Shown here: piece after piece, positions 23,099 to 32,607 of the stretch
How positions within the stretch are numbered: position 1 is the first letter of the stretch
Layout of the letters: each line of letters begins with the position of its first letter
Assembly (NCBI GenBank): GCA_963666215.2
Contig: CAXWPL010000002.1
Span: 672,001-736,000 of the forward strand
DNA length: 64,000 bases
Direction: 5' to 3'
Origin: Acidobacteriota bacterium
Lineage (GTDB): Bacteria; Acidobacteriota; UBA890; WLXD01
Notes under the pieces: model-generated
What the model was told of the DNA's origin: nothing
Database searches by the model: none
The model's input: the letters and a program-made list of their open reading frames with translations, nothing else
Position numbers and translations under genes: made by a program

Positions 23099-23859
23099 CA
23101 GCTGGCCGGCGACCCCGCGGTCATGTCGCTGTTGCTGACCGTGTTGTCCAGGTCGACCAGCCCGCTGTAGATGGGCAACAGTGTCTTCGCCCACTTGACC
23201 AGCCGCGGGAGCAGCTCTACCGCGTCCCGTACGGACACGTTGGCGATGGGGTCGAACAGGTAGCCGACCTTCGGCCACGGATGTCCGTGGTCGTTGTTTG
23301 CGGACATGAAGGCGTTGAAGTCCCCGTCCAGGAAGTCGGCCACACGTCTGACGTTGCCACGGTCGGTCCAGATTGCTGGAAGGACCTCTTCCGGGGTGTC
23401 GTGTTCAGCGGGTCCAGCGAGCCCGCCGGGGGTGCTCTGGCGGTCGAGCGAGGAGAGGACGGCTCGGCCACGGCCGGCGTAGAAGCCGTGCACATCCGCC
23501 AGGCTCTCTCGCGAGACCCCGGCGTCGAGAAGATCCTTCTCCAGGTCGACGCAGAAATTCGCGCTCGTCGCGGAAATGAACAGTCCCATGTGAGCGGCGT
23601 AGTCGGTGCGGTCGCGCGCCTTGATGCGTCCCCACAGGAACGGATAGCCGACCCGCGGGTCCTGCGGATCGAGCCAGGGCCAGAGCTCCGTCTGAAAACT
23701 CGCCGGAGCCGGCAATGCAGCGGCCGTGGCCTCGAGCAGGCCACCGACGCGCTCCCAGAGGGCATCGAGAGCGTCTGCCGGAGCCCCGGAGGTTCCGGCG
23801 GCGAGTCGGTCGAGCAGTACGCGATCAGCCGAGGTGATCACCGGATGAACCCTCCCCAC
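23098..23859 (-). CDS. Hypothetical protein coupled to mtaB (start uncertain)
   Basis: Protein-like ORF; its TGA overlaps the mtaB ATG. Confidence 0.6.
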   Translation of the reverse strand: MGRVHPVITSADRVLLDRLAAGTSGAPADALDALWERVGGLLEATAAALPAPASFQTELWPWLDPQDPRVGYPFLWGRIKARDRTDYAAHMGLFISATSANFCVDLEKDLLDAGVSRESLADVHGFYAGRGRAVLSSLDRQSTPGGLAGPAEHDTPEEVLPAIWTDRGNVRRVADFLDGDFNAFMSANNDHGHPWPKVGYLFDPIANVSVRDAVELLPRLVKWAKTLLPIYSGLVDLDNTVSNSDMTAGSPAS

Positions 23860-23944
23860 AACGCGAAAGTCTGGCGGCCATTGGAAACGTCGCGCGATTC
23901 TAGCAGGCCGTCTTGTTCGATCTGTGCGCCCTGCAACGTCAGCC

Positions 23945-25276
23945 GTGGACTTCGAGGAAGAGCTGGAAATCGCCGTGCCGATGCCGTCTCACCGGTACGA
24001 GGACAAAACCGACCGCCAACTGGAGAGTGCCGTGGCAGGCCCCAGCACGCTCGCCGAACCTACGGGGCTCCGACGCGACAGCCATGTCTCGGGGCGGTCG
24101 CGCCACCTTGCTCGCTTCGTGGACATCGCAAGGCTGGCAGCCGTGATCGGCCTGGGGACCAGTCTGGCGGCCTGCGACGCATCGTCGCTCGAGGAGTGGA
24201 CGATCGAAGGCGAGGAGATCGCTTTTGTCGAGCTGGCACGCGCCCCTACCGACCAACCGGTGCAGCCCATCGCCCTGTCGCTCGATCAGCGTGGCCGAGC
24301 CTACGTGCTCGACCGCGGGAATCGCGTTGTTCGGGTGCTAGCTGTCGGGGACGATCGCCATCGAACCGAGATCGCGGTCCAGCTCGATCAAATGCGAATC
24401 GGCGCGCGGGCTCTGATCGAGCCAACGGCCATCTGGGCGTTTCCCGATGGCGAGCTCGTTGTCGGCGACGCCGTGAACGGCGGCATCTTGCGCCGATTTG
24501 GTGCCAGCGGCGCGGAAATCTCGGCGATTCCGCTGCCGGGCGTGCCCCTCGACGTCGTGGGAACAGCCGAGCGGATTTACGTGTTACTGGGCGCCGCCGA
24601 CGCCTGGCAGGCGACGCCCGAGCGCACGGTTCTTGCCTTGAGCCGCGACGGTAGCCTGCTCGACGGCTACGCCGCCGCACCAAGATCGGCCTCGACCGCA
24701 CTCGTGGGGCTCCTGGCAAGAGGTCATCTGGCACTGGCGCCGCTCGGCGGATTCGCCCTGGCGGATATGTATCTCTACAGCCGCATCCGGCTGTTCTCAC
24801 CGACCGATGGTCACCTCCACGGCGGTCTGCTCCCCGGCGCGCAGGAGATCCCGGTGCTTTACAAGGCGGAAGGCTTCGCGCCGCTCGGCCGCCGACCGGC
24901 CGTACATCGCGACGCGAGCTTGACCCGCGCTTCGATCGACCGTCTCGCCCATCCCTGCGCCGACCTGGTGTGGGATCCGCGCTCACGGCTGTTCTGGTTT
25001 CTGGGCGGCAATGTGGACCGCACCCCCGACGGCAGGTAGATCCGGGGCCGAGAGGTCTACCGATACGACGCCGAGGGTCGCTATCGGGGCAGCTTGGTGT
25101 TGCCATTCGTCGCCGTTGCGCTTGCGGCCGGCGGCGACGGAAGCCTTTGGGCGATCGACTCCGCGGGCGGGCTTCGACGTTGGCGCATTCGATCGGGGAC
25201 AGCGGAGAACCCAGGGGACTCAGCTTTGCTCTCGGCGGAAGCGCCAGACCGTCTCGCCGTGCTCGTCGCTCTGTGA
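23945..25276 (+). pseudogene. Beta-propeller-like lipoprotein with an in-frame TAG at 25037-25039
   Basis: Lipobox LAAC; propeller-like repeats (AYVLDRGNRVVRV); the frame continues after the TAG as IRGREVYRYDAEGRYRGS... Confidence 0.6.
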
Positions 25277-25873
25277 AAACTCGAGAAGCGCTCGCTCGCC
25301 GCGATAGCTGAAGCGATAGCTGTGGATGGTGGCGGTGTCGTCGAAATTCCACCACCGTCCCTCGATCTCGAAAGCGTCGCCGCCATCGGTCCACAGACCG
25401 CGTTCACGAACTTCCGCTTCACCACGCTCGAATTTCGCCACGCCCCCATCCCAACGGTAGGTTCGAATATTGGGACGCCCGTTCTCCGGCCGGAATTCCA
25501 AGCGTATGTACCCGGGCTGCTGCTCGATGCTGTACAGGATGCGTCGATCACGCCAGACCTCGACCATCGGATCGGAGCCCGCACTGTCGAAGACCCACTC
25601 GCCCGTCAGGTCCGTCATCGGCATGTCCGAGATCCGCGGGCTCCAGTTGAGCTCGGGATTCTCGCGGCCCTCGTCTACGTTTTGGGGATCCTGTTGAGGC
25701 TGTTGACTCTGCTGAGCCGGGGTTCGCCATGAGCTCGAGTGAGAGGTCGATGAGTCCACCGCCAGCGCCCCGCGGCCCACGGCCGGCACCACCAAGCACC
25801 ACGAGTCCCAGAGTCGAGGCTCCAAGAGCACGGGCGATGCTGGCGCGCGTTGGCGCTCGAAATCGTGATCCAC
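25220..25873 (-). CDS. Hypothetical exported protein (start uncertain)
   Basis: DLTGEWVFD beta-rich domain; co-oriented directly after the M14 gene. Confidence 0.55.
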   Translation of the reverse strand: MDHDFERQRAPASPVLLEPRLWDSWCLVVPAVGRGALAVDSSTSHSSSWRTPAQQSQQPQQDPQNVDEGRENPELNWSPRISDMPMTDLTGEWVFDSAGSDPMVEVWRDRRILYSIEQQPGYIRLEFRPENGRPNIRTYRWDGGVAKFERGEAEVRERGLWTDGGDAFEIEGRWWNFDDTATIHSYRFSYRGERALLEFSQSDEHGETVWRFRREQS

Positions 25874-28558
25874 TCAAGGCAGCGAAACCGCCTCCGCGGC
25901 TCCGTAGAAGATGCTGTTGAACAGCAGCTTGAATGTCTCGTGCGGCTGGGCTCGGAAATGCGTGCGGAAGCCGAGCATGATGATACGGCCGCTACCCATC
26001 GGCACTTCGACGGCCGCGCCGAGACCGCGCAGGTGTTCCTCGCCGAGAATCCAGCCGCTCTCGAGCAGGTCGCCCTCGGCGTACGAGGCGATCACACGAA
26101 CCGGCGATTCGCCGTCGCCCACGTCGGTGCGGGATGACTCGCCGACGCCGTCCTTCGCGACAACCTCGTAGCCACTGCTCCGCACGAATACTGCCGTCGC
26201 CTCGCTGGGCATGCCGAAGGCAACCGGGTGGGTGTTGTCGACATTGATGCGAAGAAGCGACCCCGGGCAGTAGAACTCCTCACGCTCGAGCGCGGAGATC
26301 GGGTTGCTAACCGGTACCCCCAGTCGATCGATGGCCAGCGCCCCGGCAGCGTCGAACGTCACCAAGGTGCCACCGGCCTCGACAAACCTGCGCAGGGCCG
26401 TAATGCCGGCATCGCCCAGGCCACCGGTGTAAGCTGCGGGCATGTTGCCGGGCCGTTGGCCGTCGATCAGCGCCTCTGCGCCGGCCGAGGGCAGCAGAAT
26501 CACGTCGTACGCATCGTTGAGCTTTCCCTTGCGAACCTGCGGATCACGCAACACGTCGTAGCCAAAGCCGTGCCCCTCGAGCACGAAGCGGGTCCAACCG
26601 GCGTCCATGCTCGCCACCCAGGGCTCATAAAGTCCCACGCGTGGAGCTCGCAGCAGCCACCCCTCGCCGCGCGGACGGCGTGCGATGGAACGGATCACGA
26701 GCCCGTTGTCCTCGGCCAGCTGCGCGAGTCGTGCCGCCACACCTGGTCCGTCCGGCACGATCAGCGCGCCGGGTCCAAGCCGTACTCCTCCCGCATCGAC
26801 CGGAGCGCTCGACCTGTACACCTCGTGCCCGGCGGCAAGCAACTCGTTGACCGCACGCGCCGAGGCATTCGAGCGCGGATCGAGCACGTAGGTGCTCCCC
26901 TGCCCCTCGAGTCGTCCCGGAACAGTCACGGGGACGTCGATCCTTTCCATGCTGGCCTCGAAAGGCGCAACGATCCGATCCACGTCGACACCCATCTGGA
27001 AGGGCAGCGTCCAGCCGGCGATGTCGTACGGCGGGTCGGGAGGGCCGTCCGGGTAGAGCCGGCGATCGGGATAGTTCTGCGGTTCGAGCAGGTCGGCAGC
27101 GTAGCTCGCGAACGCCTGCGCCGCAGGAACCACAAAGCTGCCGGCAGGATAGGCGCTGCCGTCGGCTTCGAACGGAGCGTCGGCAACGTTCACCTCAACT
27201 CCGCCGCGCCGCAGCACGTTCACCAACTCCACCGCACTGCCCGCATCGTGCTGCTCGGGGCCGATCACCCAAGCAGCCGGGCTCCCCGTGGCGCCACGGC
27301 GAACCGCGTCGCGGCCCATGCGATAGATGTTGAGGAGCCAGTCTTCGCGGTATCGCGAGCCCACGTCGATGGTGGCGAACGATGCGGTGAGCATGTACTC
27401 CACCGCGTCGCGCAGGCGCCACCAGCCACCGGGCCACGGCATCGGGTAGTTGATCGAAGGGTCGCGTGTCGAAGCGCCGTCACGAAAGCTGTCGGGCAGG
27501 CTGTTCGGTGGGTAGAAGTTCGGCGTGGCGTAGCGGAAAAGCGCGGTCTCCGTGAGGATCCCCACCATGTTGTGGAAGTAGGGAGCGGTTCGCATTCCAC
27601 CGTTCCACCAGGCGGTAAATCCGAGCCGCGACACCGCGCCGGCCTTGCCCTCCGACTCGAGGCGAGTGGTGATCGCGTTGCCGACGCGGGCAATGCCGCG
27701 CAGCACCAGCGGTGGGATGTTCGGATTGCTCGGGTCGGCGAACGGCGGCACGAAGATCCGCGCCGGAAACGGAGCGGTTTGGTGGTGGTTGTAGACGATC
27801 TGGGGATACCAAACCTCGTAAAGCTGCTTCGCAACGGCCTGCGTCTCGGGCTGCGTGATCATGTACCAGTCGCGGTTGTTGTCGTGCCCCGAGTACTTCT
27901 GATAGAGGACCGGCAAACCCGCCGTTTCGAAAGGCGTCCCGAGGTTCTGGTTGTACCAATCGACGACGATGTTGAGACCGTCCGGGTTCATGTTCGGCAT
28001 CAGCACGACGATGACGTCTCGCAGCATGCGCTGGAGCTCGTCGCTATGTCCCGCGGCGAGCATGTAGGCGAGCTCGGGAGCGTGCTGGCCGTGCGCCACC
28101 TCTGTGGCGTGCAGACCCGAGTCGATCCAGACGATCGCTTTACCTTCGACCGCCAGCGCCTGTGCGTCGGCGTCGCTCAGATCGCGGGCACGGGCAAGCC
28201 GTTCGGAGATCGAGCGGTAGCGTTCGGCGTCGCGAAGGTTCGCGGGGTCGGAAATGAGAGCGACCACCAGCGGTTGGCCTTCCGCCGAGACGCCAATGTC
28301 ACGAAGCTCGATTCGATCGGATGCGGCGTCGAGCTGGCGTAAGTAGTCGAGGATCGTCGGCCAGTCAGCGAGCCTGAAATCCGCACCCGGGTAAAACCCG
28401 AGAACTGATTCGGGCTTGGGGATCGCGGGGTCGAACGGACCACGCGCGGAGCGTAGCGCGTCGATATCCGGTGCTCCCTGCGCGGCGCCTGCCGAGAGCG
28501 GAGCGGTTGCCAGTGCGACGCACGAGAGCAGAACAAGCACAACACCACGACGGATCAT
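25874..28558 (-). CDS. M14 zinc carboxypeptidase family protein
   Basis: Signal peptide; GLHATE, NPDG, DNNRD and NHHQ; C-terminal class I amidotransferase-like domain. Confidence 0.9.
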   Translation of the reverse strand: MIRRGVVLVLLSCVALATAPLSAGAAQGAPDIDALRSARGPFDPAIPKPESVLGFYPGADFRLADWPTILDYLRQLDAASDRIELRDIGVSAEGQPLVVALISDPANLRDAERYRSISERLARARDLSDADAQALAVEGKAIVWIDSGLHATEVAHGQHAPELAYMLAAGHSDELQRMLRDVIVVLMPNMNPDGLNIVVDWYNQNLGTPFETAGLPVLYQKYSGHDNNRDWYMITQPETQAVAKQLYEVWYPQIVYNHHQTAPFPARIFVPPFADPSNPNIPPLVLRGIARVGNAITTRLESEGKAGAVSRLGFTAWWNGGMRTAPYFHNMVGILTETALFRYATPNFYPPNSLPDSFRDGASTRDPSINYPMPWPGGWWRLRDAVEYMLTASFATIDVGSRYREDWLLNIYRMGRDAVRRGATGSPAAWVIGPEQHDAGSAVELVNVLRRGGVEVNVADAPFEADGSAYPAGSFVVPAAQAFASYAADLLEPQNYPDRRLYPDGPPDPPYDIAGWTLPFQMGVDVDRIVAPFEASMERIDVPVTVPGRLEGQGSTYVLDPRSNASARAVNELLAAGHEVYRSSAPVDAGGVRLGPGALIVPDGPGVAARLAQLAEDNGLVIRSIARRPRGEGWLLRAPRVGLYEPWVASMDAGWTRFVLEGHGFGYDVLRDPQVRKGKLNDAYDVILLPSAGAEALIDGQRPGNMPAAYTGGLGDAGITALRRFVEAGGTLVTFDAAGALAIDRLGVPVSNPISALEREEFYCPGSLLRINVDNTHPVAFGMPSEATAVFVRSSGYEVVAKDGVGESSRTDVGDGESPVRVIASYAEGDLLESGWILGEEHLRGLGAAVEVPMGSGRIIMLGFRTHFRAQPHETFKLLFNSIFYGAAEAVSLP

Positions 28559-28758
28559 CGACTTCCTCGGTTCAGACTGCAGAGTGACCCTACGGAGCCA
28601 CGCTCGCACTCCGGGCGCGCCCCGAGGAGCCGTAACTCTGCGGGTCTCGGAGCGGATCTCGCGATGGAGATGGCGCCGTAAGAGCGGAAGGGCTAGCGGG
28701 CAGCGGAATGCCCCGGGGATGCGAGGCGTATCGCCCGTATCGGGCAAACCGGAAACAA

Positions 28759-28830
28759 AGGCGGCGGGCGGGATCGAACCGCCGAATCGCGGTTTTGCAG
28801 ACCGCTGCCTTACCACTTGGCTACGCCGCC
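28759..28830 (-). tRNA. tRNA-Cys(GCA)
   Basis: GGCGGCGTAGCCAAGTGGTAAGGC..GCGGT-CTGCAAA-ACCGC..GGTTCGATCC. Confidence 0.96.
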
Positions 28831-28962
28831 GAGAGTTGGGTGCTGTGCGCGGCGATCGGCGCAGTGGCTGCCGACCGGCGAAGAAGGGTTCACGGCGCGC
28901 GTGGAAAGACGTTGAGTTCTCGCTGTCGCTCTCGACTTCAACGGCGCCCGAGGCAAAATGAA

Positions 28963-29038
28963 TGGAGCGGGAAACGGGATTCGAACCCGCGACCTCAACG
29001 TTGGCAACGTTGCGCTCTACCAGCTGAGCTATTCCCGC
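28963..29038 (-). tRNA. tRNA-Gly(GCC)
   Basis: GCGGGAATAGCTCAGCTGGTAGAGC, CAACG-TTGCCAA-CGTTG, GGTTCGAATCC; encoded CCA. Confidence 0.97.
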
Positions 29039-29124
29039 CCCTGAGGGGGCTAGCATATTCGTGACAGCGAGGATGAGGCAAGCTCCGTAAGGTTTGGCGG
29101 GCGCGGCGAAGGGGTTCGGTTCCA

Positions 29125-30099
29125 ATGGATACGGACGACGTGGCGGAGTTCGTGGAACTCGCGGACAGGGTCGAGGTGGCGGAAGACGCCGCTCGGCCTC
29201 TGTTCGTCACATCGCCCGCCTACGCGGTTGATATCGGCTCTCATGTGTTCCCCACCAGCAAGTACGCGCGCATTGCCGAGCGGCTCATCACGGAGACCGC
29301 CACAACAAGAGCTGACTTCGTTGCGCCCGATCGCGCCGACCCTTCCACGGTTCTGCGGGTACACGATCGCGTCTACTACGAGCACTGTCGCGACGATCGT
29401 CTGAGCGCACACGACATCGCACGACTCGAGCTTCCCTGGTCTGCGGCATTGTTCGATGCGTCGATGCGTTGCGTGCAGGGCAGCGTTCTGGCGGCGAAGC
29501 TGGCGCTGCAGCACGGCGCCGGCCTGCATATCGGCGGTGGCTTTCACCATGCCTATCCCGACCATGGCGAAGGATTCTGTGTGTTCAACGACCATGCCTG
29601 CGCGATCCGCGCTCTGCAGGCCGACGGCCTCATCGAGCGTGCGGCGGTTGTCGACTGCGACCTGCACCAGGGGAACGGCACCGCGGCGATTTTCCAAAGA
29701 GACTCGACTGTCGAGACGTTCTCGATTCATGAGCAGAGCATCTACCCGTTCGACCGACCACCGAGTACGTTAGATATCGGGCTGGCGGCGGGCACAGGCG
29801 ACGCCGAATACCTCGACCTGCTCGGCAACAGCGTGCCCGGATTTCTACAGAACGCCCGTCCGCAGCTCGTCGTTTACGTCGCCGGCGCCGACCCGTTCGA
29901 GCAGGATCAGCTCGGCTCGCTACGCCTCACCCACGAGGGCCTGCGGCGCCGCGACGAGCTCGTTATCGGCGCCTGCGCGGAGCTTGATCTGCCGCTGGTC
30001 GTCGTGCTGGCGGGTGGCTACGCGCGACGGGTCGAAGATACCGTGGCGATTCACGTCGAGACTCTTCGGATTGCGAGCAAGCTCTGGCGCTGCCGCTAG
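29125..30099 (+). CDS. Histone deacetylase family protein
   Basis: GGGFHHA, GFC, DCDLHQGNGT, AGADP and LAGGY. Confidence 0.93.
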   Translation: MDTDDVAEFVELADRVEVAEDAARPLFVTSPAYAVDIGSHVFPTSKYARIAERLITETATTRADFVAPDRADPSTVLRVHDRVYYEHCRDDRLSAHDIARLELPWSAALFDASMRCVQGSVLAAKLALQHGAGLHIGGGFHHAYPDHGEGFCVFNDHACAIRALQADGLIERAAVVDCDLHQGNGTAAIFQRDSTVETFSIHEQSIYPFDRPPSTLDIGLAAGTGDAEYLDLLGNSVPGFLQNARPQLVVYVAGADPFEQDQLGSLRLTHEGLRRRDELVIGACAELDLPLVVVLAGGYARRVEDTVAIHVETLRIASKLWRCR

Positions 30100-30473
30100 G
30101 GCCGAAACGCGTCGCGTAGCCACTCGATGCGAGCCTGGCCGTTCGCCACGACCACACCCACAACGTCGAAACGACAGCGTCGACCGCACAGTTCGTGCTC
30201 GCGCAGGAAGCGGCGCGCGGTTCTGGCCAGCCGCCGCTGCTTCCTGGCGCCAACCGCCTCGATGGGGTCGCCGTACCGCGTACTGTGGCGCGCCTTGACC
30301 TCGACGAAGACGACGTCATCGCCATCACGGACCACGAGATCGATCTCCCCACCCGGACGGGCGTAGCGGCGGGCCAGCAGCTCGCAGTCGTGCTCGAGCA
30401 GGTGAGCTTCGACCAGCGATTCAATGGCGCGCCCGAAGCGATGACGCCAACCTCGACGTCGGCTCGTGTCCAT
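30096..30473 (-). CDS. yraN: YraN-family putative endonuclease
   Basis: GEIDLVV..VVFVEVKAR..RFDVV. Confidence 0.9.
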   Translation of the reverse strand: MDTSRRRGWRHRFGRAIESLVEAHLLEHDCELLARRYARPGGEIDLVVRDGDDVVFVEVKARHSTRYGDPIEAVGARKQRRLARTARRFLREHELCGRRCRFDVVGVVVANGQARIEWLRDAFRP

Positions 30474-30542
30474 ACCCTTGTTGGACGGACATCGAAGCTC
30501 GAGGCTCCTCCAGAGGTCTCGTTGAGTCGACGCCTCGATCTA

Positions 30543-32102
30543 CTACAAGCGCCTCCAGCGCGGCCCCTGAGGCGTGTCCTCGACCTCGATCGCGGCGGCC
30601 GTCAACTCGTCGCGTAGCCGGTCGGCGTTCTCGAAGTCCCGCGCCGCACGTGCTTGCGTGCGCTCGACGATCTTGTCGAGCAGCGCCGGTTCCAACCGCG
30701 GCCCAGTGCCGACCAGGAGTCTCCCGTCGACCTGAAGCTCGATGCGCGCCAACTCGTCGTCTTGCGGCAGGATTGCCCACAGCTTGTCGACATCGCGAAG
30801 CCAAGCGAGAGCCGCCGCGACGGCCTGGCTCGTTTCGCCGCTCGCCTGGCCAGGGGCGAACGTGTCCAGCGTGCTGTTGAGCTCGCGGATCAGCGTGAAG
30901 ACCTGTCCGAGCGCGCCGGCGCTGTTCAGATCGTCGTCTATGGCGGCGCGAAACCCTGCCGTTGCCGATTCGATCGCGGCGCGCAGTCCGTTCTCACGGC
31001 TGCCGGGCTCGCCACCGCGATTGTCATCGGGTGTCGCGGCGCTTTGCGTTGCCGCGCTGTCGCCATCTCCCGTTCTATCGAGCTCCGACAGCGCCTGTTC
31101 GGCGCGCTGCACCGTGTCGCGTATTCGGGCGACGGCGGCCTTGGCCTGCTCGAGTGCCTCGAACGTGAAATTGAGCTGGCGGCGGTAGTGAACCGACGCT
31201 AGCAGATACCGGATGGCAACCGGGTCGTGCCCGGCGTCGATGAGGTCGGTCAGGGTGTGGAAGTTACCCAGGGACTTGCTCATCTTGGTGCCATCGACGA
31301 GCAGGTGGCTGCAGTGCAGCCAGGTGCGAACGAACGGCTCTCCGGTGGCTGCTTCGCTTTGCGCGATCTCGTTCTCGTGGTGCGGAAAGATCAGGTCCAC
31401 TCCGCCGAGGTGGATGTCGAAGGTGTTTCCGAGATATTTCATGCTCATCGCGGAGCATTCGAGGTGCCAGCCCGGTCGACCGGCACCGATGGCAGTATCC
31501 CAGGACGGTTCGTCGTCGCGAGCCGCTTTCCAAAGCACGAAGTCGCGTGCCTGCTCCTTGTCGTATTCGTCCTGCTCGATGCGCTCGGTCGCCCGCATTT
31601 GATCGGGGTCCAGACGCGCCAGGCTGCCGTAGCGTTCAAACGAATCCACGCGAAAGTAAATCGAGCCGTCGCGCTCGTACGCGTGCCCCTTGTCGAGCAG
31701 CTTCTGCACGAGAAGCACCATGTCTTTGATGTGCTGCGTGGCGCGTGGATACTCGTCGGCCGGCGCGATTCGCAGCGCTTCGAGACCGGCAAAGAAGGCT
31801 GCGGCGTATTCCTCCGTGTGTTCCTGGAGGGTTCGCCCGGTCTTGCGCGCACCGGCGATTGTCTTGTCGTCAATGTCCGTCAGGTTGAGGACGAGCTTGA
31901 CGTCGTAGCCGCGCCATTCGAGCGACCGACGCAGCAGGTCGACCCACACGAAGAAGCGGTAGTTGCCGATATGCGCGTGGTCGTAGAGAGTCGGCCCACA
32001 CGAGTAGATGCGCAGCTGCCCCGGCGTCAGGGGCTGCAGTTCCTCGAGCTGCCGGGTTGCCGTGTTGTAGAAGCGCGGTGCTGGCTTGTCTGCGCTGCTC
32101 AT
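30543..32102 (-). CDS. cysS: Cysteine-tRNA ligase
   Basis: YSCGPT, HIGN, GRPGWHLECSAM, FPHHENE and KMSKSLGN. Confidence 0.97.
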   Translation of the reverse strand: MSSADKPAPRFYNTATRQLEELQPLTPGQLRIYSCGPTLYDHAHIGNYRFFVWVDLLRRSLEWRGYDVKLVLNLTDIDDKTIAGARKTGRTLQEHTEEYAAAFFAGLEALRIAPADEYPRATQHIKDMVLLVQKLLDKGHAYERDGSIYFRVDSFERYGSLARLDPDQMRATERIEQDEYDKEQARDFVLWKAARDDEPSWDTAIGAGRPGWHLECSAMSMKYLGNTFDIHLGGVDLIFPHHENEIAQSEAATGEPFVRTWLHCSHLLVDGTKMSKSLGNFHTLTDLIDAGHDPVAIRYLLASVHYRRQLNFTFEALEQAKAAVARIRDTVQRAEQALSELDRTGDGDSAATQSAATPDDNRGGEPGSRENGLRAAIESATAGFRAAIDDDLNSAGALGQVFTLIRELNSTLDTFAPGQASGETSQAVAAALAWLRDVDKLWAILPQDDELARIELQVDGRLLVGTGPRLEPALLDKIVERTQARAARDFENADRLRDELTAAAIEVEDTPQGPRWRRL

Positions 32103-32193
32103 CGCATGCGCTCCTTGTGGCGCTCGGGTGCCTGATGTCTGACTCGTGTGTGTGTGGTGTCTGCCTGGTCTCCGAACGACTGGCGCGGCCGTC

Positions 32194-32478
32194 TCAGACG
32201 GGGCAGACCACCAGATGCGGCGTCGGCCCGGGACCAAGGTGAATCTCGACCGCCTCGGCCGTCATCACCAGGCGGCCGCTCAGGCTCTCCACGGCTCGGT
32301 TCTTGCTCCGCAGGGCCTGCAGTGCGGCGCGCAGGTCGCTATCGAGCTTGTCGGCATCGCGTGCCTCCTCGCCCGCCGCCTCGAGGAAGTCCTCCACCAT
32401 CCCGGCAATCAACATCAACGTGCACGGCGCCGCCGGCACCTCGAACGTTACCTCTTCGCCGATCAGTGCTGCCTTCAT
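32194..32478 (-). CDS. Small hypothetical protein (weak resemblance to RsbW-type N-termini)
   Basis: Protein-like ORF co-oriented between ribF and cysS. Confidence 0.45.
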   Translation of the reverse strand: MKAALIGEEVTFEVPAAPCTLMLIAGMVEDFLEAAGEEARDADKLDSDLRAALQALRSKNRAVESLSGRLVMTAEAVEIHLGPGPTPHLVVCPV

Positions 32479-32607
32479 GGGCCGGTATGGCGGCCCGCAA
32501 TTCGGCCGCTGTCAGAGGTCAGAAGTGATCAGAAGTGCGCGGAGTATAGCTCACGCTGCGCGTGTGCCCTGCGACATATTGACGGAGGCACCTACGCCCG
32601 CGTTGCC

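Noticed and set aside
25037-25039. Pyrrolysine or genome-wide amber recoding
   Set aside because: TAG is a normal stop for several genes here (ccmB, ccmE, fumC) and no pyl genes are visible.
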